A stretch of 63,907 nt of DNA, the filler included, from Gemmatimonadota bacterium (lineage in GTDB: Bacteria; 4572-55; J002): the NCBI GenBank assembly GCA_003697105.1. It is 5 parts of 5 records of this genome, joined end to end, with 100 filler letters (N's around TTAATTAATTAA, not from the genome) between each part and the next. Parts side by side here need not be neighbours in the genome. Positions count along the whole stretch, not along the records: positions 26,856 to 41,814 come from RFFQ01000177.1; 4 more parts are not named here. One strand, written 5' to 3'. Below the pieces are notes generated by a model. That model worked only from the letters and a program-made list of their open reading frames with translations. It made no database searches and was not told the DNA's origin. Positions 27,136 to 38,300 of this stretch are shown piece after piece. Position numbers and translations under genes: made by a program. How positions within the stretch are numbered: position 1 is the stretch's first letter; the number at the start of each line of letters is the position of its first letter.

Positions 27136-29370
27136 ATGAACGCCAAACGCTTTGCAGAAGTTGCAGTCCCTATCCCGTTGGAAAAGCAGACGTACACTTA
27201 TCGTATTCCCATGGAGTTACAAGCAGACATTCAAATCGGGAGCATGGTGTATGTCCCTTTCAAGCACCAAAAAACGAGCGGATTTGTCGTTGGGTTTCCG
27301 GCAACGCCACCTGCGGGTATTGAATTAAAATCGATTATCCGGTTGCGTGACCCTGAACCGGTCGTGGATGCGGATATGTTAAAATTAACCCGCTGGATTG
27401 CCGATTATTACCTCTGTTCGTGGGGAGAAGCGATTAATGCCGCCGTACCGATTCCAGCGGATTCTGATAATTCACCAAAACCGCAAACTGAAGAGATATT
27501 GGTCGCTGCACTTTCGCTGGATCAACTTCACCAAAAATTAGACCGGCTTCCCCAGCGGAACAAGCGGCAACGTGAGTTGATCCAACTGCTGATTGATTAT
27601 GAGGGGGAAGTACCGCGCCGGGTTGCCTCGGAACAGGGCATCTCACGAGCGGTGATTCGGGCGTTAGTGCCGGACGTTTTGCAAATTGAATCTCGTGAAA
27701 TCCACCGCAACCCTTTCGCGAATCTGGATGTGCCCGACCCCCCTGAGTTGGCACACACCGAGGCTCAACAAGCTGTGATCCAGCACGTTTTACACGGTAT
27801 AGCGGGACAACAGTTTGAAGTGGTGTTGCTACACGGCGTGACCAGCAGTGGTAAAACAGAAGTTTACTTGGAATCGATCAAATCGACTCTGCGGCACGGG
27901 CGCACGGCAATTGTCTTAGTCCCGGAAATTTCTTTGACACCCCAGACGATCCGGCGATTTAAGGCGCATTTTGGCGATCAGGTAGCGGTATTGCACAGCC
28001 AACTGTCACCGGCAGAGCGGTTTGATGAGTGGCGGCGGATTCGTGCTGGGGAATGTCCGGTTGTGGTAGGAGTGCGCTCCGCTGTGTTTGCTCCGGTCAA
28101 AAATCTCGGTTTAATTGTAGTGGATGAGGAACACGAGTCAACGTACAAACAGGATAACCCCGATCCCCGCTACCATGCGCGAGATGTTGCCATCATGCGG
28201 GCAAAATGGGCTTCGGCAATGGTGGTGCTGGGCAGTGCGACACCATCATTGGAGTCCTATTATAACGCTAAATCTGGCAAATATACCTTACTGGAACTCA
28301 GCCAACGGATTCACTCGGAAGAGATGCCGCCCGTGCGGATCATTGATATGCGGGAGGAGTGGCAAGCGCGGGGATTCTCGTTGATTTCCACGGTGCTGCG
28401 AGACGAAATTCAACAGCGTTTAGCACGAGAGGAACAGGTCATCATTTTGATCAACCGGCGCGGTTTTTCCACCTTTGTGCAATGTGCCCACTGCGGGTAT
28501 GTGCCGCATTGCCCCAATTGCGACATTAGCCTAACATACCACAAAAGGGAGAACCGGCTCCGTTGCCATTATTGCGGGCATCAGATTACATTTACTGAAA
28601 AATGCCGGGAATGCCACTCTCCTCGGTTGCAATATCGCGGTTTGGGAACTCAGCGGATCGAATTGGTGTTGCAAGGCATGTTACCCGGCCATACCCGCAT
28701 CCGCCGTATGGATTTAGATACCACCCGCCGGAAAGGGGCACACGACCAGATTTTAGAGGCATTTCGAGCGGGGGAAATTGACATTTTGTTGGGCACGCAG
28801 ATGATTGCGAAAGGGCTGGACTTCCCCAAAGTGACCTTGGTGGGAGTGGTATCGGCAGACACGATCTTAAATCTGCCGGATTTCCGGGCGGCGGAACGAA
28901 CGTTCCAGTTGTTGGCACAAGTTGCCGGACGTACCGGACGTAGCCATCATGGCGGGGAAGTCGTGATTCAAACGTTAATGCCCGCACATTACAGTATCCA
29001 ACGGGCAAAAGAGCATGATTATACCGGATTTTACGAACACGAGATGCAGTTCCGAAAAGAGTTAGATTACCCGCCCTTTTCCCGATTTTTGCGGATTATC
29101 GTTGTCGGAACAAACGAAACTGCCTGCATCCAAATTGTGACCCAACTGGCAAGAGCTATCCTCAAACAAAAAAACGAACCGTTTGTGGAGATGTTGGGTC
29201 CTACAGCGGCGCCGCTGGCAAAAATCAAGCGGAATTATCGTTGGCACATCTTGCTGAAAAGTACCAGTTCCAAAGCCCTTCACCAGCGAGTACAAACCGC
29301 ATTGCAGGGCTTCCGAACCCATCACCATGTGCGGGTGGAGATTGATGTTGATCCCCAACATCTGCTCTGA
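27136..29370 (+). CDS. priA: primosomal protein N' (replication restart helicase)
   Basis: LLHGVTSSGKTEVY, VDEEHE, SATPS, Cys-rich Zn region, GTQMIAKGLDFP, QVAGRTGR. Confidence 0.97.
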   Translation: MNAKRFAEVAVPIPLEKQTYTYRIPMELQADIQIGSMVYVPFKHQKTSGFVVGFPATPPAGIELKSIIRLRDPEPVVDADMLKLTRWIADYYLCSWGEAINAAVPIPADSDNSPKPQTEEILVAALSLDQLHQKLDRLPQRNKRQRELIQLLIDYEGEVPRRVASEQGISRAVIRALVPDVLQIESREIHRNPFANLDVPDPPELAHTEAQQAVIQHVLHGIAGQQFEVVLLHGVTSSGKTEVYLESIKSTLRHGRTAIVLVPEISLTPQTIRRFKAHFGDQVAVLHSQLSPAERFDEWRRIRAGECPVVVGVRSAVFAPVKNLGLIVVDEEHESTYKQDNPDPRYHARDVAIMRAKWASAMVVLGSATPSLESYYNAKSGKYTLLELSQRIHSEEMPPVRIIDMREEWQARGFSLISTVLRDEIQQRLAREEQVIILINRRGFSTFVQCAHCGYVPHCPNCDISLTYHKRENRLRCHYCGHQITFTEKCRECHSPRLQYRGLGTQRIELVLQGMLPGHTRIRRMDLDTTRRKGAHDQILEAFRAGEIDILLGTQMIAKGLDFPKVTLVGVVSADTILNLPDFRAAERTFQLLAQVAGRTGRSHHGGEVVIQTLMPAHYSIQRAKEHDYTGFYEHEMQFRKELDYPPFSRFLRIIVVGTNETACIQIVTQLARAILKQKNEPFVEMLGPTAAPLAKIKRNYRWHILLKSTSSKALHQRVQTALQGFRTHHHVRVEIDVDPQHLL

Positions 29371-29372
29371 TG

Positions 29373-32300
29373 CTACTGTTGACTCATCCCGCTCGTTTCG
29401 GGTCGCGGGAGTTCAATCGTAAATATTGCCCCTTTATCTTTGCCGCCACTTTCCACCCGAATATCACCGTTCATCATATTGACCAAACGCTTGGCAATGG
29501 ATAGCCCCAAACCGGTGGAGTGTTCTCCGCCGGTGGGTTTGGCGCTTAACCGGGCAAATTTGCCGAATATCTGGTTGAGGTCCTCTTCGGTCAAGCCCTG
29601 TCCTTGGTCACGGATGGAAATACTGACCATTGTTTCCGTTGTTTTAACCGTAATGAAAATCGATCTCTCCGGCGGGGAATATTTGATGGCGTTTGAAATC
29701 AGGTTATCAAAAATTTGGAGTGCGGCATTGGTTTCGCCCAAGACCATAACGGGTTCATCTGGCAGATCATATTCCAGCTTAATTTGCTTTTGAGCGGCAC
29801 GATCCTGATAATCATCAATCGTGCGGCACAAGGGTTGGCGAATATCAAGGGGTTCTAGGGGTAACTCCTCTTGTACGGATTCCAGCCGGTAGGCATCCAA
29901 AATTTTTAAGACGAGGTTGTACATCCGGTCACCGCTTTCCTCAATCACGCCAAAAAAATGAGAGACGTTTTGGGGGTTAAACGACTTTTGATTTTTCCCC
30001 AATTGTGCTATACCTAAAATTACGGTCAATGGGTTTTTGAGGTCGTGCGAGACAATCCCCATAATTTCATCTTTTTCCTGAATCAATTCTTGCAGTTTTT
30101 CCACAGCGGACTGAAGTTCGCGTGTTCGTTGTTCCACCTTCTCTTTTTCGAGGATCAATTCTTTGTTTTTAGCCGCCAGTTCGGCGGTTCGTTGTTGCAC
30201 CAGCTTTTTCAGGTGAAGGGATTGCTGTTTGATGCGGTACGTTCGCCACTGTACGAACCCAAAAATGCTCAAAAAACTAACCACCAGGCACAAAAGATAA
30301 AACGGAAACGTTTGATAAAAATACGGCTTAATTTCAAACTGAAGTTGTTCGCCTTCTGGGTTCCACACCCCATCGATGTTGGAGGCAGTGACCCGAAACG
30401 TGTATTTTCCCGGGGAGAGATTCGTGTAAATCGCTTCGCGATAGGTCGTGGGACTCACCCAAGTCGTATCAAAACCGGCAAGTTGGTACTTAAAATGGAT
30501 TCCGCGCGGGGTGTTTAAACTGAGGGCACTGTAATGGACGATAATTCGCCGGCTACGGGGGGAAAAGGAGAGGTTTCCCGTTATGTCATAGGGTTGATTA
30601 TTGACCCAAAATTCCCGGATATACACTTTTGGAGGGGTTTTGTTGATGGGAATGTTTTGGGGATTAAACCCCGCAATTCCTCCTAACGTCGGTACCCAAA
30701 TCGTACCTGTACGGGCAGGTAGCACTTTGGAGGTTGGCGTACATTCTGATTCCCGCATTCCATCCTGCTGGTCAAATACCCGACAATGTACTGCCGGCAA
30801 GTGCCCATCCATGACGGCATTGACCTTCGATTTTGCCACACGGATAATTCCTAAGTTACAGGGAATCCAAAAGTTATGATGCTCATCTTCCAGAATATCG
30901 AACAGATTATCATTGGGTAAGCCCTCCGCGGTGGTTAGGGTGGCAACCTTTCCATTTTTGATCCGGCTGATGCCGCCGTTTTGGGCAACCCAGACCGTAC
31001 CATCCGGTTCAAAATAGGTGTGGAAGACAATGTCGCTGACTAAACCATCGGCTTTTGTGTACTGGCGTTGAATTGCACCGTTGTGGATCACATTCAGACC
31101 GCCCCCGCTGGTGCCGATCCAGAGCTTGCCTTGGGGGTCTTCCCGAATGGACATGATAAAATTACTGCTGAGACCGGTTTCAACATTGAATATCTGCTGA
31201 ATCCGCCCATTTTCCAGTTGTACGACACCACCGTTGCGGGTTCCGACCCATATCCGGTGTTGGGTGTCCTCGTACAATTCCCGGATTTGATCGTTCGGTA
31301 ATCCGGTTACCCGCTGTTCTCGTCCTAAAGAATCCACCTGAAATAATCCACCGTATGTACCAATCCAGAGCTGTTGGCGATGATCGACGAGTAAATCACG
31401 AATGCGTTTCCCAGCCAGATCGGTTTTTAGCGGGTAAAGTACCACCCGGTTGTTGTGAATCCGGTTTAGGAAGCCTTCATCCGTGCCAGCCACCAAATCC
31501 CCATTGGAAAGTTCAACAATACTATTGACGATATTGCCGTGCAAGCCCTCATCGGCACCGTAATTGATAAATTTACCATTGCTGAGCTGGTACAAACCAC
31601 CCCGGTAGGATGCCAACCACAAACTTCCTTCGGTATCAAACCAAAAATCTTTGATAAACGGGTCTGCCAACCCTTCCAATTGCCCGAGCCGATCCCATTC
31701 TGTGGCAGATTGCGTTTTGCGCCACAATCCAGAGGCACTCGCTAGCCAGAGCGTGCCGTATGAATCCACATGAATGTTGAGGACATTTGTTGGCGGTAAT
31801 GGTATGCGCTGGTAAGTGGTGCCATCAAACTGAAACAGTTCCGTGTCCGTACTGAACCAGAGCGCCTGATCGCTGTAAAAAATACCCCAGATATTATTCG
31901 TCGGTAGTTTTTGGGTCTCTGCCGTATATACGGTCAGGCTATCGCCCACCAATCGTCCAATCCCCTGATTGTGCCCGGAAAACCAGATTGCCCCCTGCTC
32001 ATCTTGTGTAATACCGGAAATATAAATATTCTGCATAAATGGATGATCATTGATCGGGTAAAACCGGTGATGATCGTAGCGCCACAGTCCGGTGCGCGTA
32101 CCGATCCAGAGGTTATTCGTCCGATCCACAAACAGGTGTTCAATGAATCCGACCGAGTCAGAAATCACCTGAAATGTCTGTTGGTCGTAGGCAATTAAAC
32201 CCCCGTTTTCCGTGCCTAACCAGAGTGTACCGTTTTGATCTTCCGTGAGACAACGGAAAAGGTTGGAATGGATTCCCGGCGTGTTTTCTTTGGTGAATGT

Positions 32301-32660
32301 TGTAAAATTGAGACCGTCAAAGCGGGTAACACCGCTGAACGTGGTAATCCAAAGGTAACCATCGTGTGTTTGGAGGACATCGGTGAGGTTATTGGAGGGT
32401 AAACCCTCTTCCATTGACCAATGCCGGAGGACATATTGGGAGAGCTTCTTTTCAGGGGGTAAGCCGGCTTTTTCCGCCGCAGAGACCCTTTGGCAGATGA
32501 TTAGGCTGATCAGAAGAAAAATGACACGATGAAATCTCACGGAATTTCTCACGGATAACAGGTGATAAACGTAAAAATGGATGATGGTCACGCGATTTAC
32601 CACATTTTCACGATGTGGCGAGTCCCTAACCCTCAAACCACTTTCATTTCCGTGTGGCAA
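29373..32660 (-). CDS. sensor histidine kinase with periplasmic Reg_prop beta-propellers and YYY domain, no receiver
   Basis: repeated GL.sN.I..i.ED..G.LWiGT; YTNLSPGKYTFRV; TM; SHDLKNPL H-box; NLISNAIKY; GLGLSI; true start probably a GTG near 32540. Confidence 0.92.
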   Translation of the reverse strand: MPHGNESGLRVRDSPHRENVVNRVTIIHFYVYHLLSVRNSVRFHRVIFLLISLIICQRVSAAEKAGLPPEKKLSQYVLRHWSMEEGLPSNNLTDVLQTHDGYLWITTFSGVTRFDGLNFTTFTKENTPGIHSNLFRCLTEDQNGTLWLGTENGGLIAYDQQTFQVISDSVGFIEHLFVDRTNNLWIGTRTGLWRYDHHRFYPINDHPFMQNIYISGITQDEQGAIWFSGHNQGIGRLVGDSLTVYTAETQKLPTNNIWGIFYSDQALWFSTDTELFQFDGTTYQRIPLPPTNVLNIHVDSYGTLWLASASGLWRKTQSATEWDRLGQLEGLADPFIKDFWFDTEGSLWLASYRGGLYQLSNGKFINYGADEGLHGNIVNSIVELSNGDLVAGTDEGFLNRIHNNRVVLYPLKTDLAGKRIRDLLVDHRQQLWIGTYGGLFQVDSLGREQRVTGLPNDQIRELYEDTQHRIWVGTRNGGVVQLENGRIQQIFNVETGLSSNFIMSIREDPQGKLWIGTSGGGLNVIHNGAIQRQYTKADGLVSDIVFHTYFEPDGTVWVAQNGGISRIKNGKVATLTTAEGLPNDNLFDILEDEHHNFWIPCNLGIIRVAKSKVNAVMDGHLPAVHCRVFDQQDGMRESECTPTSKVLPARTGTIWVPTLGGIAGFNPQNIPINKTPPKVYIREFWVNNQPYDITGNLSFSPRSRRIIVHYSALSLNTPRGIHFKYQLAGFDTTWVSPTTYREAIYTNLSPGKYTFRVTASNIDGVWNPEGEQLQFEIKPYFYQTFPFYLLCLVVSFLSIFGFVQWRTYRIKQQSLHLKKLVQQRTAELAAKNKELILEKEKVEQRTRELQSAVEKLQELIQEKDEIMGIVSHDLKNPLTVILGIAQLGKNQKSFNPQNVSHFFGVIEESGDRMYNLVLKILDAYRLESVQEELPLEPLDIRQPLCRTIDDYQDRAAQKQIKLEYDLPDEPVMVLGETNAALQIFDNLISNAIKYSPPERSIFITVKTTETMVSISIRDQGQGLTEEDLNQIFGKFARLSAKPTGGEHSTGLGLSIAKRLVNMMNGDIRVESGGKDKGAIFTIELPRPETSGMSQQ

Positions 32661-32729
32661 GGGGTTTCCGTAACCCGGTTGTCTGTCACCGAACGCAATT
32701 TGAATTCCGAAATTTCATATCAGAAGGTA

Positions 32730-35315
32730 CTAGAACGTATAGCGCAGGTTGAACCAGAAGGTTCTTTTCTCAACTGATGGAGTGCCAACGGTACGGGATT
32801 CATCTTCATCGCCGGCATTGGCATTCATCGGGTAGAGCTTTTGATCGTTGAGCACATTTTTCAGTGTACCCATTATCTCCAGATTTGATCCCCATTGGTA
32901 TTTGATTCCCACATTAACCAGATGGTTGCTCTCTATCGGCTTACCGGAAGGGGTGTACCACTGCCAATAGTAGAGGTAGTTCAGGGAGAAAGCCCACTGC
33001 GTGAACGGAAAGGCAAAACATTGAAGACGGGTTACGTGTTCTGGATAGGCGCGAAAATGCTTCCCGGAAGTATTACCGGGGATGAGATACATGCTACCGC
33101 CGCTACCGGTCTGACTTTCTGGAGCGTTTAGTACTTTCGTCATGGAATGGCTCAACGTGGCGTTCATCCGGTGAGTTTCGTAAATAACAGAGGCTTCGTA
33201 ACCGAAGGTTTTGATCCGCCCCTTGTTATTTTTATAAAACCAATACCCATTCCAGTCCCCGGCGACATCCGAACCAATATCGGGCATTTCATAAACCACG
33301 GTATCCCCAAATTGGTTGACAATTTCCCCACTGGGTACCGAAATGATTCCCACATCCAAAATCTGATCCAGTATATTATAATAGCCCACTACATCCAACG
33401 TCAACTGCGGGTTGGGTTTGTACTGCACCGCCAATTCATAATTTGCCATTTTTTCCGGCAGGGTTTTCCCCACATTCTGCTGAACACTATCGGGGTGGGT
33501 ATTTACATAATAATATAGAATCGAGTCCGGGTTTTCCACAGAAAACACAGGTGTAAATGTGGGGATTTGGTACGCTTCAATCCGGTTGTGATTTTCATCC
33601 CGCAAGTACCCGTCCAACCGGAAACCTCCGCTGTAATTGAGGCTGACTGCGCCTCGAAAACCGGTCTGCCAAGATAACCGAAAATTTAGACCGGGCATCG
33701 CTTCATACAGGACGCCCAAACGAGGGGTAAGATTATTGCCCCAATGAGGGTGATGGTCATATCGCATCGCCGCAAATGCATCCACCGCCGGCAATATGGT
33801 GTAATAGTCTTCTGCAACAAAGCTGTACATATTTAGTGTGTTTGGATAGACGTAGGTATAGCGTTCATTTGCCCATGCACTGAGGGAATCCTCAATATTC
33901 AGGATAAAATTATTGCCATAGCGATTCTTCTGCCCAGAAACATATTGTTTGAACTCAAAACCAAGTGCCGAACGGTGCTTGTTAATCCATCCATTGCTGG
34001 TGAATAGAATTTTTGTGCCATACCGGTCTTCCCGCGTGCCACCCATTCGCAAACCTGAATTGGAATGTAATAGGTATTCATCGCGTTCGTACGTCAGATT
34101 CACTTTAAACCCGAGTTTTGCGCTAATATTATGGGTATAGGAATTGAAAATGCTGAGCAAGGTTTGTTGGACTTTTTCCCGGTCGCGGAAAAAATTGTAA
34201 TTATCTCGATATTGATCCACATACATCACATTAAATTTTAATTTATTGTAACCTAAATTTACTAAAAATGTAGAATTATCCCCCCGTTTGATACGGTAAC
34301 CCCGTTCTGAGACCTTCAGTCCTTGCCGTTCAATGGTTGTCCAGCCTTTATTTTTCTGTTTTTGCCCGTGATATTCGCTGAATCCAAGATACACATAGGT
34401 GCCCAGTTCGCCTTTTGACAAGACGGTACTGTTGAAATTCTCAAATGACCCGTGATGGTACCGGTCTAACCCCAACGCGGCACGGAAGGTACTTTGGTTT
34501 GAAGGTGCCGAGAGATGGTTTTTGGTGACGATGTTGATGACGCCCAGAAGCGCACCTTGACCCAGCGTGACGGAACCGGGACCCCGAATGACCTCGATCC
34601 GGTCAATGTAGGACATGTCCAAGCTGTTGAGGAGCGCATCCGGCGGTCCCCAAAACCACTCGGTGTTGATCGTGTGTCCATTGACCTGAAACAACACTTT
34701 GGAATTATTGTCGGGGGAGAGTCCCCGGAAGGCGGAAATGAGATCATCGGAATCTTCCACTAAAAAAAAGCCCGGTACAAAAATGGTTAAGAGTTCGCTA
34801 ACTGTACGGGCGCCACTCAATTCGATCTGTTTGCTGGTAATTGCCGTCACCGAAACTGGTTGCTTGCGATTTTCCGAAATCACGTTGGAGGCAACGGTCA
34901 AATCTCCGGTGTAGAAAAAGGAGGCTGAAGATGAGCCGCTGATAAAACCGGTTTGCTTGAACTGTTCCAGTACCAAGAGACCAATATCCACCGAGGAACG
35001 TCCCCGTTTGAGCTGTCGCTGAATGAAGTCGATCATATTTTGTCCGTAAAGTGTTACACTTTTCCCCTGACTAAAAATGTCCAGATCGATGTAATTGACC
35101 AGCGGCATCATGATATTGTAAACGTCGTGTGGTGTAACATCTTTATTTTGAAGTAGTTGTGTTTTGACTTCGGCTAAGATGGTCTGAACTTCGCTCGCAT
35201 CATAAGCGATGACCGGTTTGGTCAAATCAACGAAGTCCTCTGCCATTCCCGGTAGCCCCTTTAACAGAAGCAGGCTGGCGGTTACCAACATAATGATTAT
35301 CGGTTTACGGAACAT
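32730..35315 (-). CDS. TonB-dependent receptor with N-terminal helical extension
   Basis: signal peptide; plug IDRIEVIRGPGSVTLG..ALLGVINIVT; LTPRLG; terminal NLRYTF; GAGG RBS before ATG 35315. Confidence 0.9.
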   Translation of the reverse strand: MFRKPIIIMLVTASLLLLKGLPGMAEDFVDLTKPVIAYDASEVQTILAEVKTQLLQNKDVTPHDVYNIMMPLVNYIDLDIFSQGKSVTLYGQNMIDFIQRQLKRGRSSVDIGLLVLEQFKQTGFISGSSSASFFYTGDLTVASNVISENRKQPVSVTAITSKQIELSGARTVSELLTIFVPGFFLVEDSDDLISAFRGLSPDNNSKVLFQVNGHTINTEWFWGPPDALLNSLDMSYIDRIEVIRGPGSVTLGQGALLGVINIVTKNHLSAPSNQSTFRAALGLDRYHHGSFENFNSTVLSKGELGTYVYLGFSEYHGQKQKNKGWTTIERQGLKVSERGYRIKRGDNSTFLVNLGYNKLKFNVMYVDQYRDNYNFFRDREKVQQTLLSIFNSYTHNISAKLGFKVNLTYERDEYLLHSNSGLRMGGTREDRYGTKILFTSNGWINKHRSALGFEFKQYVSGQKNRYGNNFILNIEDSLSAWANERYTYVYPNTLNMYSFVAEDYYTILPAVDAFAAMRYDHHPHWGNNLTPRLGVLYEAMPGLNFRLSWQTGFRGAVSLNYSGGFRLDGYLRDENHNRIEAYQIPTFTPVFSVENPDSILYYYVNTHPDSVQQNVGKTLPEKMANYELAVQYKPNPQLTLDVVGYYNILDQILDVGIISVPSGEIVNQFGDTVVYEMPDIGSDVAGDWNGYWFYKNNKGRIKTFGYEASVIYETHRMNATLSHSMTKVLNAPESQTGSGGSMYLIPGNTSGKHFRAYPEHVTRLQCFAFPFTQWAFSLNYLYYWQWYTPSGKPIESNHLVNVGIKYQWGSNLEIMGTLKNVLNDQKLYPMNANAGDEDESRTVGTPSVEKRTFWFNLRYTF

Positions 35316-35363
35316 CTGTTTACCTCGTATCAAGTCCGATTCCAGATCGCGAATTTCTGACAC

Positions 35364-38300
35364 CTAATCACAATGGTTATCCACTTTTGCCGGTAACGTT
35401 GGGCAAACTTTGCAGTATGGACGGTTACCAAAATAGCGTTCCCACTCTGCGGGTGTTAGATTCCGTCCAGCGGTACGGCATGCTAGGTCGATCAGTTCTT
35501 TGGATGTGAGCGCCCACAGGCGAATCGCACCATCCCAACTCCCGGTGACCAGCCACTGCCCATCGGAACTGATGGTCATTGTCGCGATGGCATCCGTGTG
35601 CCCTTCCAGTAAAATAGGCTCTTCCGACGGATTTTGGCTTGTCAAATCCCACAAGCGCGCGGTTTTATCCCAACTGCCGGTGATCAGCCAATGATTATCA
35701 GGGCTAATGATAATTGTGGAGATGGGGCTTTGATGACCCGGTAAGACCACCGGATTGTGAACGGGTGCTTCAGACGCCAAGTCCCATAAGCGAACGGTAT
35801 TATCTTTGCCGCCGGTGGCAATCCATCGATTATCTGGACTAATTGCCACCGCGGTGATGCCGCTGAAGCCCCATTTATCCTCACCATGCCCGTTCAATAT
35901 CATTTTTTCTTTGGCGGGGGTGCGACTCAAATCCCATAAATGGGCGGTATTATCTTCACTGCCGGTGAGGAGCCATGTTTCGTCTTGGCTGAAAGCCATG
36001 CTGAGGATGGCACCCTGGTGGGCAGAGAGATGTTGTGGTTCGCCACGTTGGGGTAATTTCCATAGCAGAACGTGCCCATCTGTTGTGCCGGTTGCCAACC
36101 ATTTCCCCCCGGAACTGAGGGCGATTTGGGTTGGCGGTGTTGTGTGGGTATATAAAATGTCGCTGGCGCCTGTTTCCACATTCCAACGTCGCAGGGTGCC
36201 ATCTTGTCCAATGGAGAATACGTGGCGGCTGTCCGGAGTGAACGTCAAATGCAACACCGCGCCGTCATGTTCTCCCAACCGCTGGGGTTCGGCAGATGAT
36301 GTGAGGGACGTGGTGTCCCACCGGTAAAGCAAGCCATCTGCTCCGCCACTGGCAACCCATTTCCCATCCGGACTAATTGCCGCATCGTTTACCACATCCC
36401 CATGTTTACCGAGAATCACCGGATGAGGTCGATCCTCTTGAATGTTCCACAATTGGACAGAGCTATCCCGGCTGGCAGATACCAGCCAGCGGTTGTCCGT
36501 GCTCATCGCCACACCGTTAATTGACTTTTTATGGCTGGACAAAACGACCGAAACGGCTGTTGGATCGGGAGGGTTCAAATTCCAGAGTCGTGCAGAGCCA
36601 TCATCACTGCCGGTAATCAACCATCTACCGTCGTGACTAATCTGAAGCTGTTTCACACCCGCTTCGTGGCTTTTTAAGATGGTGGGGTTCAAGGCGGGGT
36701 TATCTCGCGTTAAATCCCACAAACGGGCGGTATGATCCCAACTACCCGTGATCAGGTAGTGATTATCCGGGGTAAACGCGACACTCAAAACGGGACCGGT
36801 GTGCCCCTTCAAAATGTGCGGCATCTCTCGTAAATCCGGTAAAAACCAAAGCCGCGCCGTGTGGTCGGCGCTCGCGGACGCCAGATAGCGTCCATCGGCA
36901 CTAAATGCTGCTTGGTAGATAAGACCGGTATGTCCGGTCAGAACGGTCCTGAGAGTGACTACCGGATGCTTGAGCCGCCATAGCCTCAAGGTGTTGTCAC
37001 GGCTGGATGTGACTAACCAGCGGCTATTGGGGCTGAACGTCACATCATAGACTTGCCCCGTGTGTCCCGTCAATGGAACGGATGGTTTCCGGGGTGATTT
37101 TAAGTCCCATAATCGGGCGGTATTATCCTTGCCGGCAGTGGCGACCCACTTTCCGTCTGGACTGAACGCGACATCGGTGACACCACCGCTGTGACCGGTC
37201 AATACCAGCGGTACGGTATTCGTGCCGGCGGTCATGTCCCAGATTTTGGCAGTGCCATCTTCGCTGGCGGTGGCAATGTGAGTACCGTCTGGGCTAAGTA
37301 CCAGCGTATTGATGGGTTTATCATGGGCATAGATTATCTGGGGGGGTGTATTTCCCTCCAACGACCAAATCCGGAGGGTGCCATCTGCTCCGGCGGTGAT
37401 CATCTGGTTTCGATCCGGTAGGAATTGCACTGCCTGAACGGCGGTTACATGACCGGTGAACTGCACCGGTTCCCGGAGGGGTATGCCGTTTTCATCCAGC
37501 GACCAGAGCTGTACGGAACCATCGCGGCTGGCGGTTGCCACAAGGCGTTGGGTGGCATCAAACAGGGTTGCGACTGCCGTCACCGGTTGGGTATGCCCTC
37601 CCAAACCGATCCCGCCGGCATTGAGCAAACCATTTCGTAATGCGTTTTCTGCGGCGGGAACTGTTGGCAGACCCTCCCGTTGCGTCGCATTGATCGCTTC
37701 TGCGGCTAACAACAAACTCCGCTGGGGACGGCTGTTGCTTAAGGCTTTGGCAGATTCTGCCACCAACTGCCGTGCCATGGCGATAATGCGTTGCCGGTTT
37801 GCTTCTTGTTCATTTTGCAGGGCGATCACCCGCTGGCTATCGGCAATTGCTTTTTGCGCCAATGCCTCTTGTTCTTTACGTTCGGCAATCACTCGTTGGC
37901 TATCGGCGATACTCTTTTGGCGCAGGGCTTCTTGTGCGTTTTGCAATGCGATTTCGCGCTGGCGGATGGCTTCTTGTTCATTTTGGAGGGCTCGTTCTTT
38001 TTGGTGTATGGCTTCTTGTTCGTTTCGGAGTGCAATTTCCCGTTGGTGCAGTGCTTCCTGTTCATTTTCAAATGCGATTTGGCGTTGGTGTAGGGCTTCC
38101 TGTTCATTTTGAATGGCGATTTCCCGCTGTCGTTCGGCTTCCATTCGTTGGAGCAGTGCCACTGTCGCCAAAAAAAGGGCGATCAATAACCCAAGGGTGA
38201 TCGCCGTCAACGTGATCCGGCGGCGGCGTTCTACCGCCAGTTCGGCGGCACGGATTGCCTGACGGCTGGCGCCGATCCATGCCCGTTGCAGGGCGGTCGG

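Noticed and set aside
26283-29370. RAYT inserted next to priA
   Set aside because: Separated by an artificial linker, so the adjacency is not real evidence
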